Positions 45,701-54,891 of a stretch of DNA of 64,000 bases are shown piece after piece. The position numbers and the translations under genes were made by a program. Below the pieces are notes generated by a model. That model had not been told where the DNA came from. It saw nothing but the letters and a program-made list of their open reading frames with translations, and made no database searches. The stretch covers positions 69,585 through 133,584 of the forward strand of contig CAYFJV010000002.1 of assembly GCA_964343575.1 (NCBI GenBank), read 5' to 3'. Numbering within the stretch: position 1 is the first letter of the stretch; each line of letters begins with the position of its first letter. Source of the stretch: an uncultured Methanosarcinales archaeon (GTDB taxonomy: Archaea > Nanobdellota > Nanobdellia > Woesearchaeales > GW2011-AR9).

Positions 45701-48700
45701 ATCTCTTAGTCTATCTTACTGATTTGAGCGAGCCAGTGAGTTGTAGTTTTACATTGGAAGAAATTTTGCCTCCTGCTGCAGAGCAAGTTATTGGGTTTGA
45801 ACGTGACGAGGACAAAGAATACACTTTTGTAGGCCTTGGGGCTACTCTTGCCGAGTTGAGTGTTTCTTGTACTGATGATCATGGAAACTCTTTTGTGCAT
45901 GAAGAGACCCTTAGTTTTGATCTAGAACAAGATATTAGTATTGTTTATCCTCCTTTGGGTGGCTCTGTTTCTGAGACCACAATTATTTTTGAGATTGAGA
46001 CCGCAGTGTCTGCAAGTTGTGACTTGTATTACGATAATGATGGCGACCTTATCTTTGATTATCTAAGTAACTTTAACAGTATCGATATTGATAATAAGGT
46101 TCACGAAACTAACCCGATTCCTGGCTTCTTCGAAGGAGAATATGTTGGTAACTTACAGGTGATTTGTCGAGAATCTTTGGATCAGAGCCAAGTGTTAGAA
46201 GATTATTTTGATTTTGTCGTAGATTTTACCGGGCCAGAGACACAGATTATTTTGACTGAAGGGACCAGAGAAGAAACCCCAATTGCTTATGGTTGGGAAG
46301 AATACTTTATCTCTGAAGTGCAGGTGGACTTTAGTTGTGAGGCAGATGGATTTGATTGTGACCAAAGTTTTTATTGTCTTGGAGAAGGTTGTGAATTTGC
46401 AAGTGCCCCGGGTTATGTAGAGTACACTGGAAGCGGCAGTTTGTTTGTAAATGAAACAACAGAAATTTGTTATTACTCTACAGATCTTGGCGGTTCTACT
46501 GTTTATCCTACTTGTGGAACCATCATCGTAGAGGGCTTTGGCATCAATTTAGTTCAACCGGACCCTTATTTCTATCAAGGAGAAGTTTATGGAGTAAGTG
46601 CAGCCGATAGCTTTGATTGGGAAGTTATGAGCAAGATTGATACTCAAGGCTGCGTTTTTGATTTCACTTCAGAATTTGATTATCATGGGGTCCCTCTAAT
46701 CCGAACTTTCTCGGAAAGTCTTAGTGGAGAAAATTACTACCTTTATTCTCCTTTCCCTGGAGATGGGGCGAGCGCTTACGACGCAATTGGCGGGCTTAAA
46801 GTCCTTTATGTGAAATGTGAAGATTACCAAGGAGAGATTGGTCCTGCACAGAAAATGAACCTTGAGTTCGATCCTTCTGCTCCAAGTATTAGTGATGCTT
46901 ACGCTGAGCCAGATTTTATCACCGAAGGAGTTGTTACTCATCTTTATGTGACCACCGATGATCCTACGCTTTGTAGGTACAGTGATAACTCAGATGGGGA
47001 CGGAAGTACTGAATTTGCAACTATGCCATTCAGTTTCCCTGGTTACGATGAAGGAGAATTGCATCTTGCTCATCAAGACGATTTTATTTTCAGTTTTGTT
47101 GGTGCAACAAGAGATTACAGCTTAAATGTACAATGTATGAACGGGGCAGGAGACCTTTCTGAAGTTGAAACCATTGATTTTAGTGTAGATTATACTGTTG
47201 CAGGAAACATTATGAGTGTTGCTCCGAGTGGTTTTATCTCTGGAGAAAACGTTACTTTACTTGTTGAGACTAACAAAAACGGCGTTTGTTCTTACGAAGA
47301 AAATGGCAGTTCAGTTGATTTTGAAGTAACTGGTGGCACAAGTCACAGCCATTTGATTGGGTCTCTTGAAGAAGGAGATTATCAATACCTTGTCACTTGC
47401 CATATCGCAGAAAATGTACGCACTGCCGAGATTATCTTTACTGTAGATCAAACTGCGCCAACTGTGACCATGGTAGAGGATGGTTCTTACTCTTGTAGTT
47501 TGGAGCAAGTGAGCATTTATGTTTACACAGACGAAGAAAACATTAGCACTTATTACTATCAACTCTATCAAGGAGAATCAGATCTTGGAGAATCTTCTTT
47601 GAGTACTTACTTTACTACTACTAATGATACAGCCCCAGATGATGAAGAAGCAGTGCTTATTGGAGAAGGAACCTTGTTAGGGGACAATGGTACTGTGATT
47701 ACTGGACTTAGTTTAGAAGAAAATGAGAGTTACTTTGTGAAGGTTGCAGCAAGCGATGTTGCTGGAAACACTGGCGGATACACTTCAAGTGATGGTTTTA
47801 TTGCAAGTGGTTCTGACCTTACTGTTTGTGCTGCTGATGGTGATGCGCCAAACGTTCGCGTACAAACCAACAGTAGTAGTTGTACTGAAGTCACCGCCGA
47901 AATTATTTGTGAGGATGAACTTGCTTGTAGTAGCATTAGTTATGGACAGAGCACAAGTTCCGAGACCTGCTCTGCCGATTCAAGTTATTATGGACAAAAA
48001 CTTTCCTTCTCAAGCTCTGGGTGGGTTTGTTACTCTGCAAGCGATCCAAGCGATAACCAAGAGAATGGGAGTGCTCAAATAACCTTTAGTGATAATGATG
48101 GAGATGGCATCTCTGATAGTTGTGATCTTTGTAGTGGTACTCTGTCTGGACAAGATGTTGATGCAGAAGGTTGTGGTCTAGGGCAGGTTCCAGATGATGA
48201 GCGAACAAATGATGAAGATAACGATGGTTTGCCAGATCATTGGGAAAGAGTCTATCACAGAGAAGGTGTTTGTCCTTTGTTTGCCGAAGCAATAGACTCG
48301 GACAGTAATGGTATTACTGATACTGATGAAGATTATGATGGGGACGGTTACACTAACTATGAAGAGTACATTGCTGGTTTAGACCCTTGTGTTGCTGATG
48401 CTCCGAGCACCTTTATTGATGACAATGATCTTGACAGCGAACTTCTGGGCCTTCCTGGAAGTGGAGAAGGAAAGGAAGGGGCCGATGTTGTAGCTATTAT
48501 CTTCTTTGTCATTGGCGCACTGTTCATGCTTGGTGGTGCGGGTTATCTTTATTATTATTATAATTACACTCCAGAAGGGAAGGTTCTTTTGAAGCAAGGG
48601 GGGAAAGGGAGTCTGAGAGGAGTCGGTTCTGGCGGCGCTCTTGGAAGTAGCGTTGGTGGCGGCCTATATCGTCAAGGAATTGGTTCTCGATCAGCAGGTG

Positions 48701-49140
48701 CAGGTCTTGGGGGTTCCGGGGCTAGGGCTGGGTTCGGGGCCACGGGAGTTGCAGGCGGAGGACTTTTAGATAGTATGAGACGGAGAGTTTCCTCTCGTAA
48801 GCGATCCCGAGAACGAAAGTTACGATCTTTGCAAAGGCAGAACGTCTTTGGAAGTTTTAGTAAAGAGAGTGGAGAATTCCCCCACTTTAAGGATATTTTG
48901 AGCTCTCGAAAGAGTCATCATGCAAAGGTAGGAGATCTTGTTGAGCGTTACAACGATCACCATGATGTTGTACAACAAGGTTTGAAGAAAGAAGAAAAGG
49001 CTCTTTTTAGGCGCTTAGATAAAATCTCTAGTGAAGCAGAGAAAAAGAAGCAAAGTGTTCGAGCAACAGTTGGTAAAGATGAAGCTAAAGATATTTTTGA
49101 AAAGTTGAAGAAATTGAGCGAGAAGCGTAAGTCAAGCTGA
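42715..49140 (+). CDS. Giant (2141 aa) surface adhesin-like protein: Sec signal peptide, CarboxypepD_reg-like domains, Cys-rich modules, TSP3-type Ca-binding repeats, C-terminal TM anchor and Gly-rich basic tail
   Basis: The signal peptide carries an AFA|VG signal-peptidase site. Two CarboxypepD_reg-like beta-sandwich repeats are present (SGYIFDAADGVTPIEGATVELRSG...GFYQF...PGTYVVSVSATGY, and a second copy). Near the C-terminus are D-x-D-x-D-G motifs (DEDNDGLPDHWE, DTDEDYDGDGYTNYEEYIAGLDPC) typical of thrombospondin type 3-like calcium-binding repeats. The protein ends with a TM helix (VVAIIFFVIGALFMLGGAGYLYYYY) and a Gly/Arg-rich tail. Confidence 0.7.
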   Translation: MVETSKKRTLVDVILARAFFFGLLFILTVISLNGAFAVGLEGCYTYAGGSPDLFCQDDVLEEDALADYELLVGDGLFDDYFFPGQSCDVFPDLCEEVTCSLDCSTQAIGSCEFEGGQAVPDDEYDLWCSWGCCQIPSGYCGQVDLRSVCVEEASYQGYSIDEVTYISSAYSPITTDECVDLCVAGLEDASLSGYIFDAADGVTPIEGATVELRSGVTAQSDVAGFYQFQTVSPGTYVVSVSATGYSGASQTITLESGEVEELDFTLSVADQVASLSGTVVDEFGVAVADVSLCWTGPGVGCTTSAVDGSYLVSEILLGDYTFTLSKFGYETSSDSLSIQSDLVYDFVLFSQPFQGISGSTWIDPEGDGLLLGGTDYLQYGVSIFVDGIYRGSSQYPDGDFNIYLDEGDYTITASYLDFVSPEYSVTVLAGQSSSVDPVLTQYIGECSYGQPDESKPVAELHAVAVAGSLAVDLSWDKPCAEVSGYNLYRDGELHMQLSPFALSFTDSIDLEWGMGYIYGIQAIYTDGPMIDDQPQTRFSEITETSITLGNAACEGKEPGDLFCLADDLKSTYTCDIFNTLLISTSCAALDTSTSDYYCVESSPGFATCKDAGMCNAFTLGADPFGLYHSEEVCYGPYLGAESGYENYCYYDYTSGVVDQCTSCVEVESCFDYVSEGACGINNCLGVGCQWINGSSSSGEGDISAYEEESEPFLDYGYLFPVSEETGHGYCAPLEYEEDDNCALCSPGSSLFENNLCTPEVCTELGACYSDKDLPLSTCHSCGEESSPEVNCYSYASELECTAGSPTVNDNGQILRSADSCTWGACAWIADDFDPAGGYCIKDGDANRIDDCSEFVSGDYSSCIADTAPPVTSLQAEGFAIVSETFSQLEFVAVDNERMGSLWFCLESADASDCTDFEAADYPFTLQGEEALLELNMSESSFLQSELVDGETYKLRFYSVDEFYNQESVQEAFVFVDNKLPDFTVVTEPSIDGDVVDLLVYLTDLSEPVSCSFTLEEILPPAAEQVIGFERDEDKEYTFVGLGATLAELSVSCTDDHGNSFVHEETLSFDLEQDISIVYPPLGGSVSETTIIFEIETAVSASCDLYYDNDGDLIFDYLSNFNSIDIDNKVHETNPIPGFFEGEYVGNLQVICRESLDQSQVLEDYFDFVVDFTGPETQIILTEGTREETPIAYGWEEYFISEVQVDFSCEADGFDCDQSFYCLGEGCEFASAPGYVEYTGSGSLFVNETTEICYYSTDLGGSTVYPTCGTIIVEGFGINLVQPDPYFYQGEVYGVSAADSFDWEVMSKIDTQGCVFDFTSEFDYHGVPLIRTFSESLSGENYYLYSPFPGDGASAYDAIGGLKVLYVKCEDYQGEIGPAQKMNLEFDPSAPSISDAYAEPDFITEGVVTHLYVTTDDPTLCRYSDNSDGDGSTEFATMPFSFPGYDEGELHLAHQDDFIFSFVGATRDYSLNVQCMNGAGDLSEVETIDFSVDYTVAGNIMSVAPSGFISGENVTLLVETNKNGVCSYEENGSSVDFEVTGGTSHSHLIGSLEEGDYQYLVTCHIAENVRTAEIIFTVDQTAPTVTMVEDGSYSCSLEQVSIYVYTDEENISTYYYQLYQGESDLGESSLSTYFTTTNDTAPDDEEAVLIGEGTLLGDNGTVITGLSLEENESYFVKVAASDVAGNTGGYTSSDGFIASGSDLTVCAADGDAPNVRVQTNSSSCTEVTAEIICEDELACSSISYGQSTSSETCSADSSYYGQKLSFSSSGWVCYSASDPSDNQENGSAQITFSDNDGDGISDSCDLCSGTLSGQDVDAEGCGLGQVPDDERTNDEDNDGLPDHWERVYHREGVCPLFAEAIDSDSNGITDTDEDYDGDGYTNYEEYIAGLDPCVADAPSTFIDDNDLDSELLGLPGSGEGKEGADVVAIIFFVIGALFMLGGAGYLYYYYNYTPEGKVLLKQGGKGSLRGVGSGGALGSSVGGGLYRQGIGSRSAGAGLGGSGARAGFGATGVAGGGLLDSMRRRVSSRKRSRERKLRSLQRQNVFGSFSKESGEFPHFKDILSSRKSHHAKVGDLVERYNDHHDVVQQGLKKEEKALFRRLDKISSEAEKKKQSVRATVGKDEAKDIFEKLKKLSEKRKSS

Positions 49141-49183
49141 TCTATAGCTTTGTGGCTCAGATGGGAAGTTGGTTGATAGGAAG

Positions 49184-49717
49184 ATGTTTTGGAACAAAAA
49201 AGGGATGGGCATTCAGCAAGTTTTTGTCTTTATTGTAGCGGCAATAGTTTTTGCTATCATTACTATTTTTGGTTACAGTGCTATTACTGATTTTATTGAT
49301 AAGGGAGAGCAGGTTGAGTTTTATCAGTTTAAGACAGAGATCGAATCAAGTATCAAGAAGATTTATCCTGAGTTTGGAGCAGTGCGCCAAGAAGAATATC
49401 GAGTACCAGTAGAGTATGAACAGATTTGTTTTGTTGATTTGGACGCTCCTTTTGATCCGAGCTCTGAACTTTGCGAGAAAGACCCCATTGCTTGTGATGT
49501 TTGGGAAACTGCGCAAGACCCTTTAGCAGAAATTACTGGTTATGCTGCTGCTGACGAGAATGTGTTTTTGAAACCTCCTGCGCCAATTGCCTTAAAGGTG
49601 TTCACTTTAGATATTGATGGTGGATTCCTTTGTGAAGATATTAATGGGGGGCGCTTCTCACTTCGTTTGGAAGGAAGGGGCTCTTCTGTTGAACTGAGTT
49701 CGGTTGTGTATCAGTAG
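49184..49717 (+). CDS. Type IV pilin-like protein (class III signal peptide)
   Basis: MFWNKKG|MGIQQVFVFIVAAIVFAIITIFGY. An SD-like TAGGAAG precedes the ATG at 49184; the track start is 49169. Confidence 0.5.
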   Translation: MFWNKKGMGIQQVFVFIVAAIVFAIITIFGYSAITDFIDKGEQVEFYQFKTEIESSIKKIYPEFGAVRQEEYRVPVEYEQICFVDLDAPFDPSSELCEKDPIACDVWETAQDPLAEITGYAAADENVFLKPPAPIALKVFTLDIDGGFLCEDINGGRFSLRLEGRGSSVELSSVVYQ

Positions 49718-49782
49718 GGCATGGTTTGGTGAAGGGGTGTGAGCGAGTTTTTTGGTAGCTAAGATACTTGGAATATTGGAAA

Positions 49783-50934
49783 ATGAAATTTTTTGAGAGT
49801 GGCGGAATTTTTGGAAAGAAAGGGCAGTTTACACTTACTTTCAATTGGATTTACGTGCTCATAGTTGGAGCAGTTATCTTGCTTTTTTTTGTTGGTTTGG
49901 CAGTAAAGCAAACTGAAGTTTCTGAGCAACAACTTACTTTTGATGTAACCCAAATTTTAGATTCTATTTTTACGGGAGCCACAGTTTCTGAGAAGACGAA
50001 GAATTTTATAGATACTTCGGCGCTGCTTGATTTTAGTTTGACTTTTGAGTGTGAGTTAGATGCTGGTGGAGGTTTTCGTGATATTTTCTCTGGCTACGGT
50101 TTGGAGGGAACAAGCTCTAGCATCGAAACTCCCATAGAAGCAATTTTTGCTCCAGAAGAGATTCAGTCTAATGAAGTTATTACTTGGAGTTTACCTTATT
50201 ATTTGCCTTTCAAAGTAATGGATGTACTTTTGCTCAGCTCTCGTAACATTCAGTATTATGTGCTTGGTGGAGAAGGAACAGACTTTCGTATTGAGATGGA
50301 GAACATAACTGAAGGCTTTAACATAGCTTTTATCGATTCGCTCGATGAAGTTGAATCTGGAGATAATTTTCATGTGCGTGTAGTTGAATTTTCTTCTGGC
50401 GGAGTTGGTGATTCTCTTGTTTCGGGAGGAGCAGTGCCTGGAAGTTTGCTGATGCTTGCAGATAGTCAAGTCTCTGGTGTTTCTTTAACTCCTTCAAATG
50501 GGGCCTTTTATTTTTCTAAACAAGGTGGCGTATGGCAGAAAGATCATATTGAAGAAGTAGCAATTGTTTCTTTAGATGGTGAGCGTGATGCAGCAAAATA
50601 TGCTGCTTTGTTCTCTGGGTCTGCTGAAACTTACCAATGTAACATGATGAAGGTTTTCAAGCGTTTGGAAATCGTAAGCCAAGTCTATTTGAGCAAGTAT
50701 GAAGAATTGCTTGAGTATTATGATGTTACGGGAACAAGTTTGGTTGATCCTTCTTTGAAATCTTTGTGTTCAAACATCTTGGATGGAGATATTTCTTTAC
50801 AACAACTTTCTTCGGCAGCGACTGTGTGTACAATAAGTGGGTACACAGAATGTGTTGAATTAGAAAACTTTGCTTTTGATTTGGCTGCAATTAACGAGCG
50901 TTTGGACGAACGCGGTTGTGTTACTTTGTATTAG
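49783..50934 (+). CDS. Type IV pilin-like protein (class III signal peptide), 384 aa
   Basis: MKFFESGGIFGKKG|QFTLTFNWIYVLIVGAVILLFFVGLAV. Confidence 0.55.
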   Translation: MKFFESGGIFGKKGQFTLTFNWIYVLIVGAVILLFFVGLAVKQTEVSEQQLTFDVTQILDSIFTGATVSEKTKNFIDTSALLDFSLTFECELDAGGGFRDIFSGYGLEGTSSSIETPIEAIFAPEEIQSNEVITWSLPYYLPFKVMDVLLLSSRNIQYYVLGGEGTDFRIEMENITEGFNIAFIDSLDEVESGDNFHVRVVEFSSGGVGDSLVSGGAVPGSLLMLADSQVSGVSLTPSNGAFYFSKQGGVWQKDHIEEVAIVSLDGERDAAKYAALFSGSAETYQCNMMKVFKRLEIVSQVYLSKYEELLEYYDVTGTSLVDPSLKSLCSNILDGDISLQQLSSAATVCTISGYTECVELENFAFDLAAINERLDERGCVTLY

Positions 50935-50943
50935 CTTTGGTTG

Positions 50944-52539
50944 TTAATCCAATCTGTCAAGACGAACGTACTCTAGTTCCCCGCTGCCTGTGACTTCTAG
51001 GCTTGCTTGCAAGTTTTCGCTTGCTCCTGCAGGAATGCAAGCGCCATCCTCTCCTTGCACACTTACTGCATGACTTCCATTCATGTAAAGAGAAGCCGTA
51101 CCATCTGGAGAGATGCGAATCTCCCCATTAGCAAAAGAATCTTGTGATGCCGTCCCACTATAGCTTTCAGTATCTGGGTAGGAACCGTCAGGGTTTAAAC
51201 AAAGCAATGCAAACCTTCCTCCTTGTCTGTGGACGAAGGCAACTCCTGTCTTTCTCCCGAGCCAGTCCAAATCAGTAAAATCTCTCCCATAAACCCTCAC
51301 TGCAAAGTCTTCTGGATCAGAACTTTCTCTTTTCCATCTGAACTTTACTGAATAATCACTCTGAGGATCATAGGGTAATTCATTAGTTGTGAGACACTCG
51401 TCTCCTTCCAGTGTTGTTTCTAGTGTTTCGCTTGCAGGGTGGACTTGGTAGTTTCCTCCTGCGTGGCTATCGTCCCACTGGTCTACCGCAGTTCCAACAT
51501 CCAAACGGGGCTCAACAAAGCCGTCGCAGAAGACATTTGCATAGCTGTCTTCTTCGCATTCTGGATCAGCTGAATGTGTTGTGTAGTCGGTATCCCAAAG
51601 ACCTGTGTCCTGTTCAGTGAGAGAAAGATCTGTGTCTTGTGTGATTGGGTCGCTAACTATTGTCACGACTGTGCTCACTCCTGTTCCGCCACAAGAAATT
51701 TCATCCCCATCTATAATATCATTACAGTTGTTATCTAAACCATCATGACAAAGTTTTCCTGTTTCTTCTTCAAGACCTTCGAGTCCAGTTGCAAGATACA
51801 AACTTGCAGTTGCAGGGTGGCTGCTTCCATCAACCAAAGCATGATAGTTAAAATGTGTTACTTTGTCCTCGTCTGCCCGAAGACCAACCCCTTTTCTACT
51901 AGCTATCTCAAACAAACTATCTACTGTTTGATCAATCCCTGAGACGACCCCAATGATTGGAAACTTCTTAGTCATGAAAGTGTAAATTGTACTGGATAAG
52001 CCAGGTATTGCTTCATCTTTTTCTTTACAACCAAGATACCCGCTTCCTCCAACACCTTGTGTGGCATCCATTCTTAGGCTATCTGTGGTTCTTCTTGCCT
52101 CCCAGTAGGGATCTTGACCCACTTTGCCCATTCCTTCTTGATAAACAGTAACCCTCAAATCTTCAGTAATTGGGTCAAGCGTTGCGGTGTAAGGACTGAA
52201 ATGCTCGACAAACACTGCATCAGGTAGATAACCGCTTTCCGGCCCAGGGTCAATGAATAGTAATTCTGCTTTATCTCCTTTGGTGTCATGAAAACCTACA
52301 AGAGCATTTGCCATTGGCTCTCTGGTATCTTGAGCAAGAACAGTGATATCTGCTGGATCTCTTGGCTCGCCCGACTTTTTGGTGCCCTTCTCATATTGGG
52401 CCATGCTCACAAAACCATTGTCATTGGTGTGAGCAAACTTAAACATGGGCTTTGCTCCAGGTTGACATGCCCCGGCTAACGCTACTATTGGAAGAATTCT
52501 TGTTACATTTCTTACGATGGTCTCTAAGCCGCCCAACAT
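50944..52539 (-). CDS. Secreted protein, convergent with the cluster; contains a Cys/Asp-rich metal-binding-like motif and a possible C-terminal LamG/concanavalin-like domain
   Basis: The Sec-type signal peptide RILPIVALAGAC has a lipobox-like ending. The motif CHDGLDNNCNDIIDGDE resembles the Cu/Ca-binding C-x-D-G-x-D-N-D-C repeats. The C-terminal ~200 aa are beta-rich. Confidence 0.45.
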   Translation of the reverse strand: MLGGLETIVRNVTRILPIVALAGACQPGAKPMFKFAHTNDNGFVSMAQYEKGTKKSGEPRDPADITVLAQDTREPMANALVGFHDTKGDKAELLFIDPGPESGYLPDAVFVEHFSPYTATLDPITEDLRVTVYQEGMGKVGQDPYWEARRTTDSLRMDATQGVGGSGYLGCKEKDEAIPGLSSTIYTFMTKKFPIIGVVSGIDQTVDSLFEIASRKGVGLRADEDKVTHFNYHALVDGSSHPATASLYLATGLEGLEEETGKLCHDGLDNNCNDIIDGDEISCGGTGVSTVVTIVSDPITQDTDLSLTEQDTGLWDTDYTTHSADPECEEDSYANVFCDGFVEPRLDVGTAVDQWDDSHAGGNYQVHPASETLETTLEGDECLTTNELPYDPQSDYSVKFRWKRESSDPEDFAVRVYGRDFTDLDWLGRKTGVAFVHRQGGRFALLCLNPDGSYPDTESYSGTASQDSFANGEIRISPDGTASLYMNGSHAVSVQGEDGACIPAGASENLQASLEVTGSGELEYVRLDRLD

Positions 52540-52749
52540 TTTGGTTTCACCTTAGTTATACACCCACAAGGACCACTTTTTCTTAACTTATTACTGCAAA
52601 GTGACGGAATTATATAAGAATTTCGTTATATTTTTCGAAAAAACAACAAATTGCTATGCTTTTTTCTCTTGTCTAAGAGGTCTTTTCTGGCAGTTTTTGA
52701 CGGGTTTTGGCCGGAATTTGTTTGAGAAAAGTTTAAGTGGGCTAAAAAA

Positions 52750-53313
52750 ATGATTCTTTTTATGTTTGCTTTCTTTGCTGGTAGAAAAAGAGGACAAATT
52801 CAGATGATGGAAACTATTGCAGTGCTTTTCATCTTCTTTATTTTGCTTGTTTTTGGCCTTCTTTTCTATTTTAAGTTTCAAGATCTTGGCTTTGAACAAC
52901 GCCAAGAAGAAGTGCTTGGTGCGCGAGCAATGGATAGCACTTTGCAAGTGCTCTTTTTACCTGAATTGCAATGTAGTAGGGGTGATGCTGAAGCAGAAGA
53001 TAATTGTATTGATCTTGCGAAGCTACGAGCGCTTGAAGAGATTGTGCCAACATACCTTAATGACTATTATTTCAACCTTTTTTCTTTTGCAACAGTTACT
53101 GTTCAAGAGACCTACCCTGGGGATGAGACTTGGGTAATTTACGATCGACCAAAAGTAATTGATGATGGTCAAGGGGGAGAGATTGCTAACTGGCAGAGAA
53201 AGGAGCCGAGTTATTTTGTGGTTGCTTTGAAAGACGAGTTGGCTGAAGAATATGGTGCGATTGGAAAAGATAAGTACAGTTATGGGTATTTGGTAGTTGA
53301 GGTGTACTCATGA
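52750..53313 (+). CDS. Type IV pilin-like protein (class III signal peptide)
   Basis: ...GRKRG|QIQMMETIAVLFIFFILLVFGLLFYF. The stop overlaps the next gene's ATG (ATGA). Confidence 0.5.
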   Translation: MILFMFAFFAGRKRGQIQMMETIAVLFIFFILLVFGLLFYFKFQDLGFEQRQEEVLGARAMDSTLQVLFLPELQCSRGDAEAEDNCIDLAKLRALEEIVPTYLNDYYFNLFSFATVTVQETYPGDETWVIYDRPKVIDDGQGGEIANWQRKEPSYFVVALKDELAEEYGAIGKDKYSYGYLVVEVYS

Positions 53314-53858
53314 AGCTTTGGAAGAAAATATCTCGTAAAGGTCAAGCAGAAATCATTGGTTTGGTAATTATAGTTATTATGCTTAGTTTGGGTTTTTTGT
53401 TTTTAGCGCAGTTTGCTGTGCAAGAACAACCTGAAAAAACAGTATTTACTCGAAAAGGTTTAGCTTACAGTAGTATGAGCGCAGTACTTAAGACAACTTT
53501 AGAATGTGATATGACAAGTCGTGTTGAATACTTAAGTGTTGGTGACGATCTGTTTGAAGATTGTGCTAAAAACCGTTGCGTTCCAGGACTTCCTTGCGGC
53601 GCATCAAATTTTATGTGTTCAGACATGCACAGTTGCGAGTATTTAGAGCAAGAAGTTGGTCTAATGCTTGATGAATCTCTTGGACTTTGGAATAAAGAGT
53701 ATGAATTTCGCTCAACTCTTGTCTCTGGAACTGATGAGTATGAATTGTTTTTGATTCAAGAAGGCGACTGTGGCGGCGAGCGCGACAGTTCGGGATTGTT
53801 CCCCACTTACATTACTGGTTTGGGTTTAGTGCAGAACACTTTGTATCTTTGTAATTGA
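53310..53858 (+). CDS. Type IV pilin-like protein (class III signal peptide), Cys-rich
   Basis: MKLWKKISRKG|QAEIIGLVIIVIMLSLGFLFLAQF, matching the archaeal KGQAAIE-type prepilin N-terminus. An SD-like GAGGTG sits 7 nt upstream. Confidence 0.6.
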   Translation: MKLWKKISRKGQAEIIGLVIIVIMLSLGFLFLAQFAVQEQPEKTVFTRKGLAYSSMSAVLKTTLECDMTSRVEYLSVGDDLFEDCAKNRCVPGLPCGASNFMCSDMHSCEYLEQEVGLMLDESLGLWNKEYEFRSTLVSGTDEYELFLIQEGDCGGERDSSGLFPTYITGLGLVQNTLYLCN

Positions 53859-54075
53859 TTTTTTTGTTTCTTGTTTTATTTTTCTGTTTCATTGTGCTTG
53901 GCTTCGTTTAGTTTATTTTGTTCTTTTCTTGTTCATTTAGTTCTCTGTTAACGCAATCTTTATATATGCAAAATGGTTTTTGCTTTATTAATTTACAGTC
54001 GTAAAAACTCATTACAACTTGCTTGTAGCAATCTAGTTGCTTGCAAATGTTGTTGTGGGATCACAAAGAGGTGTA

Positions 54076-54458
54076 TGATGATGAACTTGTTTGCAAACAA
54101 AAAAGGACAAGGACTTTCTTTAACTGTTATAATTGTTGCAGCGCTTGCTTTGATTGTTTTAGTTGTTTTAGTTGCTATCTTTTTAGGAAGGATTGGTACT
54201 TTCGGAGAGGGAGTGAGTAAAGCGGGACAAGCAGATTTGTTGGAACTTAAGGTAAGTTATGGAACTTGTCATCCTGCAAAAGCGCAGGAAACAGTGTTTT
54301 TGAATGCTTATGCTGCTGCTGAAGGACTTGATGATTTAACAGCTCAGCAAGAAGAAAAAGATGCAGCCTATCAAGATCTAAGTAGTGAGATTAGCAGATG
54401 TAAGTCTGCTGCTAGTGATGAAGCAAATTGCCTATCCTTTGGCTGTGCTTGGGGATAA
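54076..54458 (+). CDS. Type IV pilin-like protein (class III signal peptide)
   Basis: MMMNLFANKKG|QGLSLTVIIVAALALIVLVVLVAIF. The track ORF begins at 53973 with an unlikely Cys-rich leader. Confidence 0.55.
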
Positions 54459-54470
54459 GAGGTTAGATAG

Positions 54471-54740
54471 ATGAGTGCCAGAAAGGGACAAGCGAACACC
54501 TTTTGGATTATCATTGGAGCAGTTATTGCTTTGGTGGTGATGGTTGTTTTGCTCTTGATGTTTACCACAAAGGGGAACATTTTAGAACAAGGGGTGAGCA
54601 GCTGCGAAGGTAAGGCCGGGAAATGTGAACTTGGTACGACTTGTCCCACTGGCACGCTGAAATCTCCTTTTGAGTGCGGCAGCCCCGATGAAGTTTGTTG
54701 TATCGGCGATATTGGCGGCGACGACGATGACGAAAGCTAA
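54471..54740 (+). CDS. Small type IV pilin-like protein (89 aa)
   Basis: MSARKG|QANTFWIIIGAVIALVVMVVLLLMF followed by a Cys-containing C-terminal knob. SD GAGGT lies 8 nt upstream. Confidence 0.55.
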   Translation: MSARKGQANTFWIIIGAVIALVVMVVLLLMFTTKGNILEQGVSSCEGKAGKCELGTTCPTGTLKSPFECGSPDEVCCIGDIGGDDDDES

Positions 54741-54855
54741 ACTAGTTGGTCGTCGTGGACAAGCCATGCCCTCGGTTGTTGTCATTGTTTTGGCAATCGT
54801 CTTTTTTGTGGTTGCCTTGCTTATTGTTGCTAAGATCCTCGGGTATTTAGAATAG
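54727..54855 (+). CDS. Mini-pilin (42 aa): class III signal peptide plus hydrophobic helix only; absent from the ORF track
   Basis: MTKAKLVGRRG|QAMPSVVVIVLAIVFFVVALLIVAKILGYLE. The start overlaps the stop of the preceding gene. Confidence 0.45.
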   Translation: MTKAKLVGRRGQAMPSVVVIVLAIVFFVVALLIVAKILGYLE

Positions 54856-54891
54856 AGCCGGCTTTGGTTTGTTAGTTGAGGTGTTGCCAAG

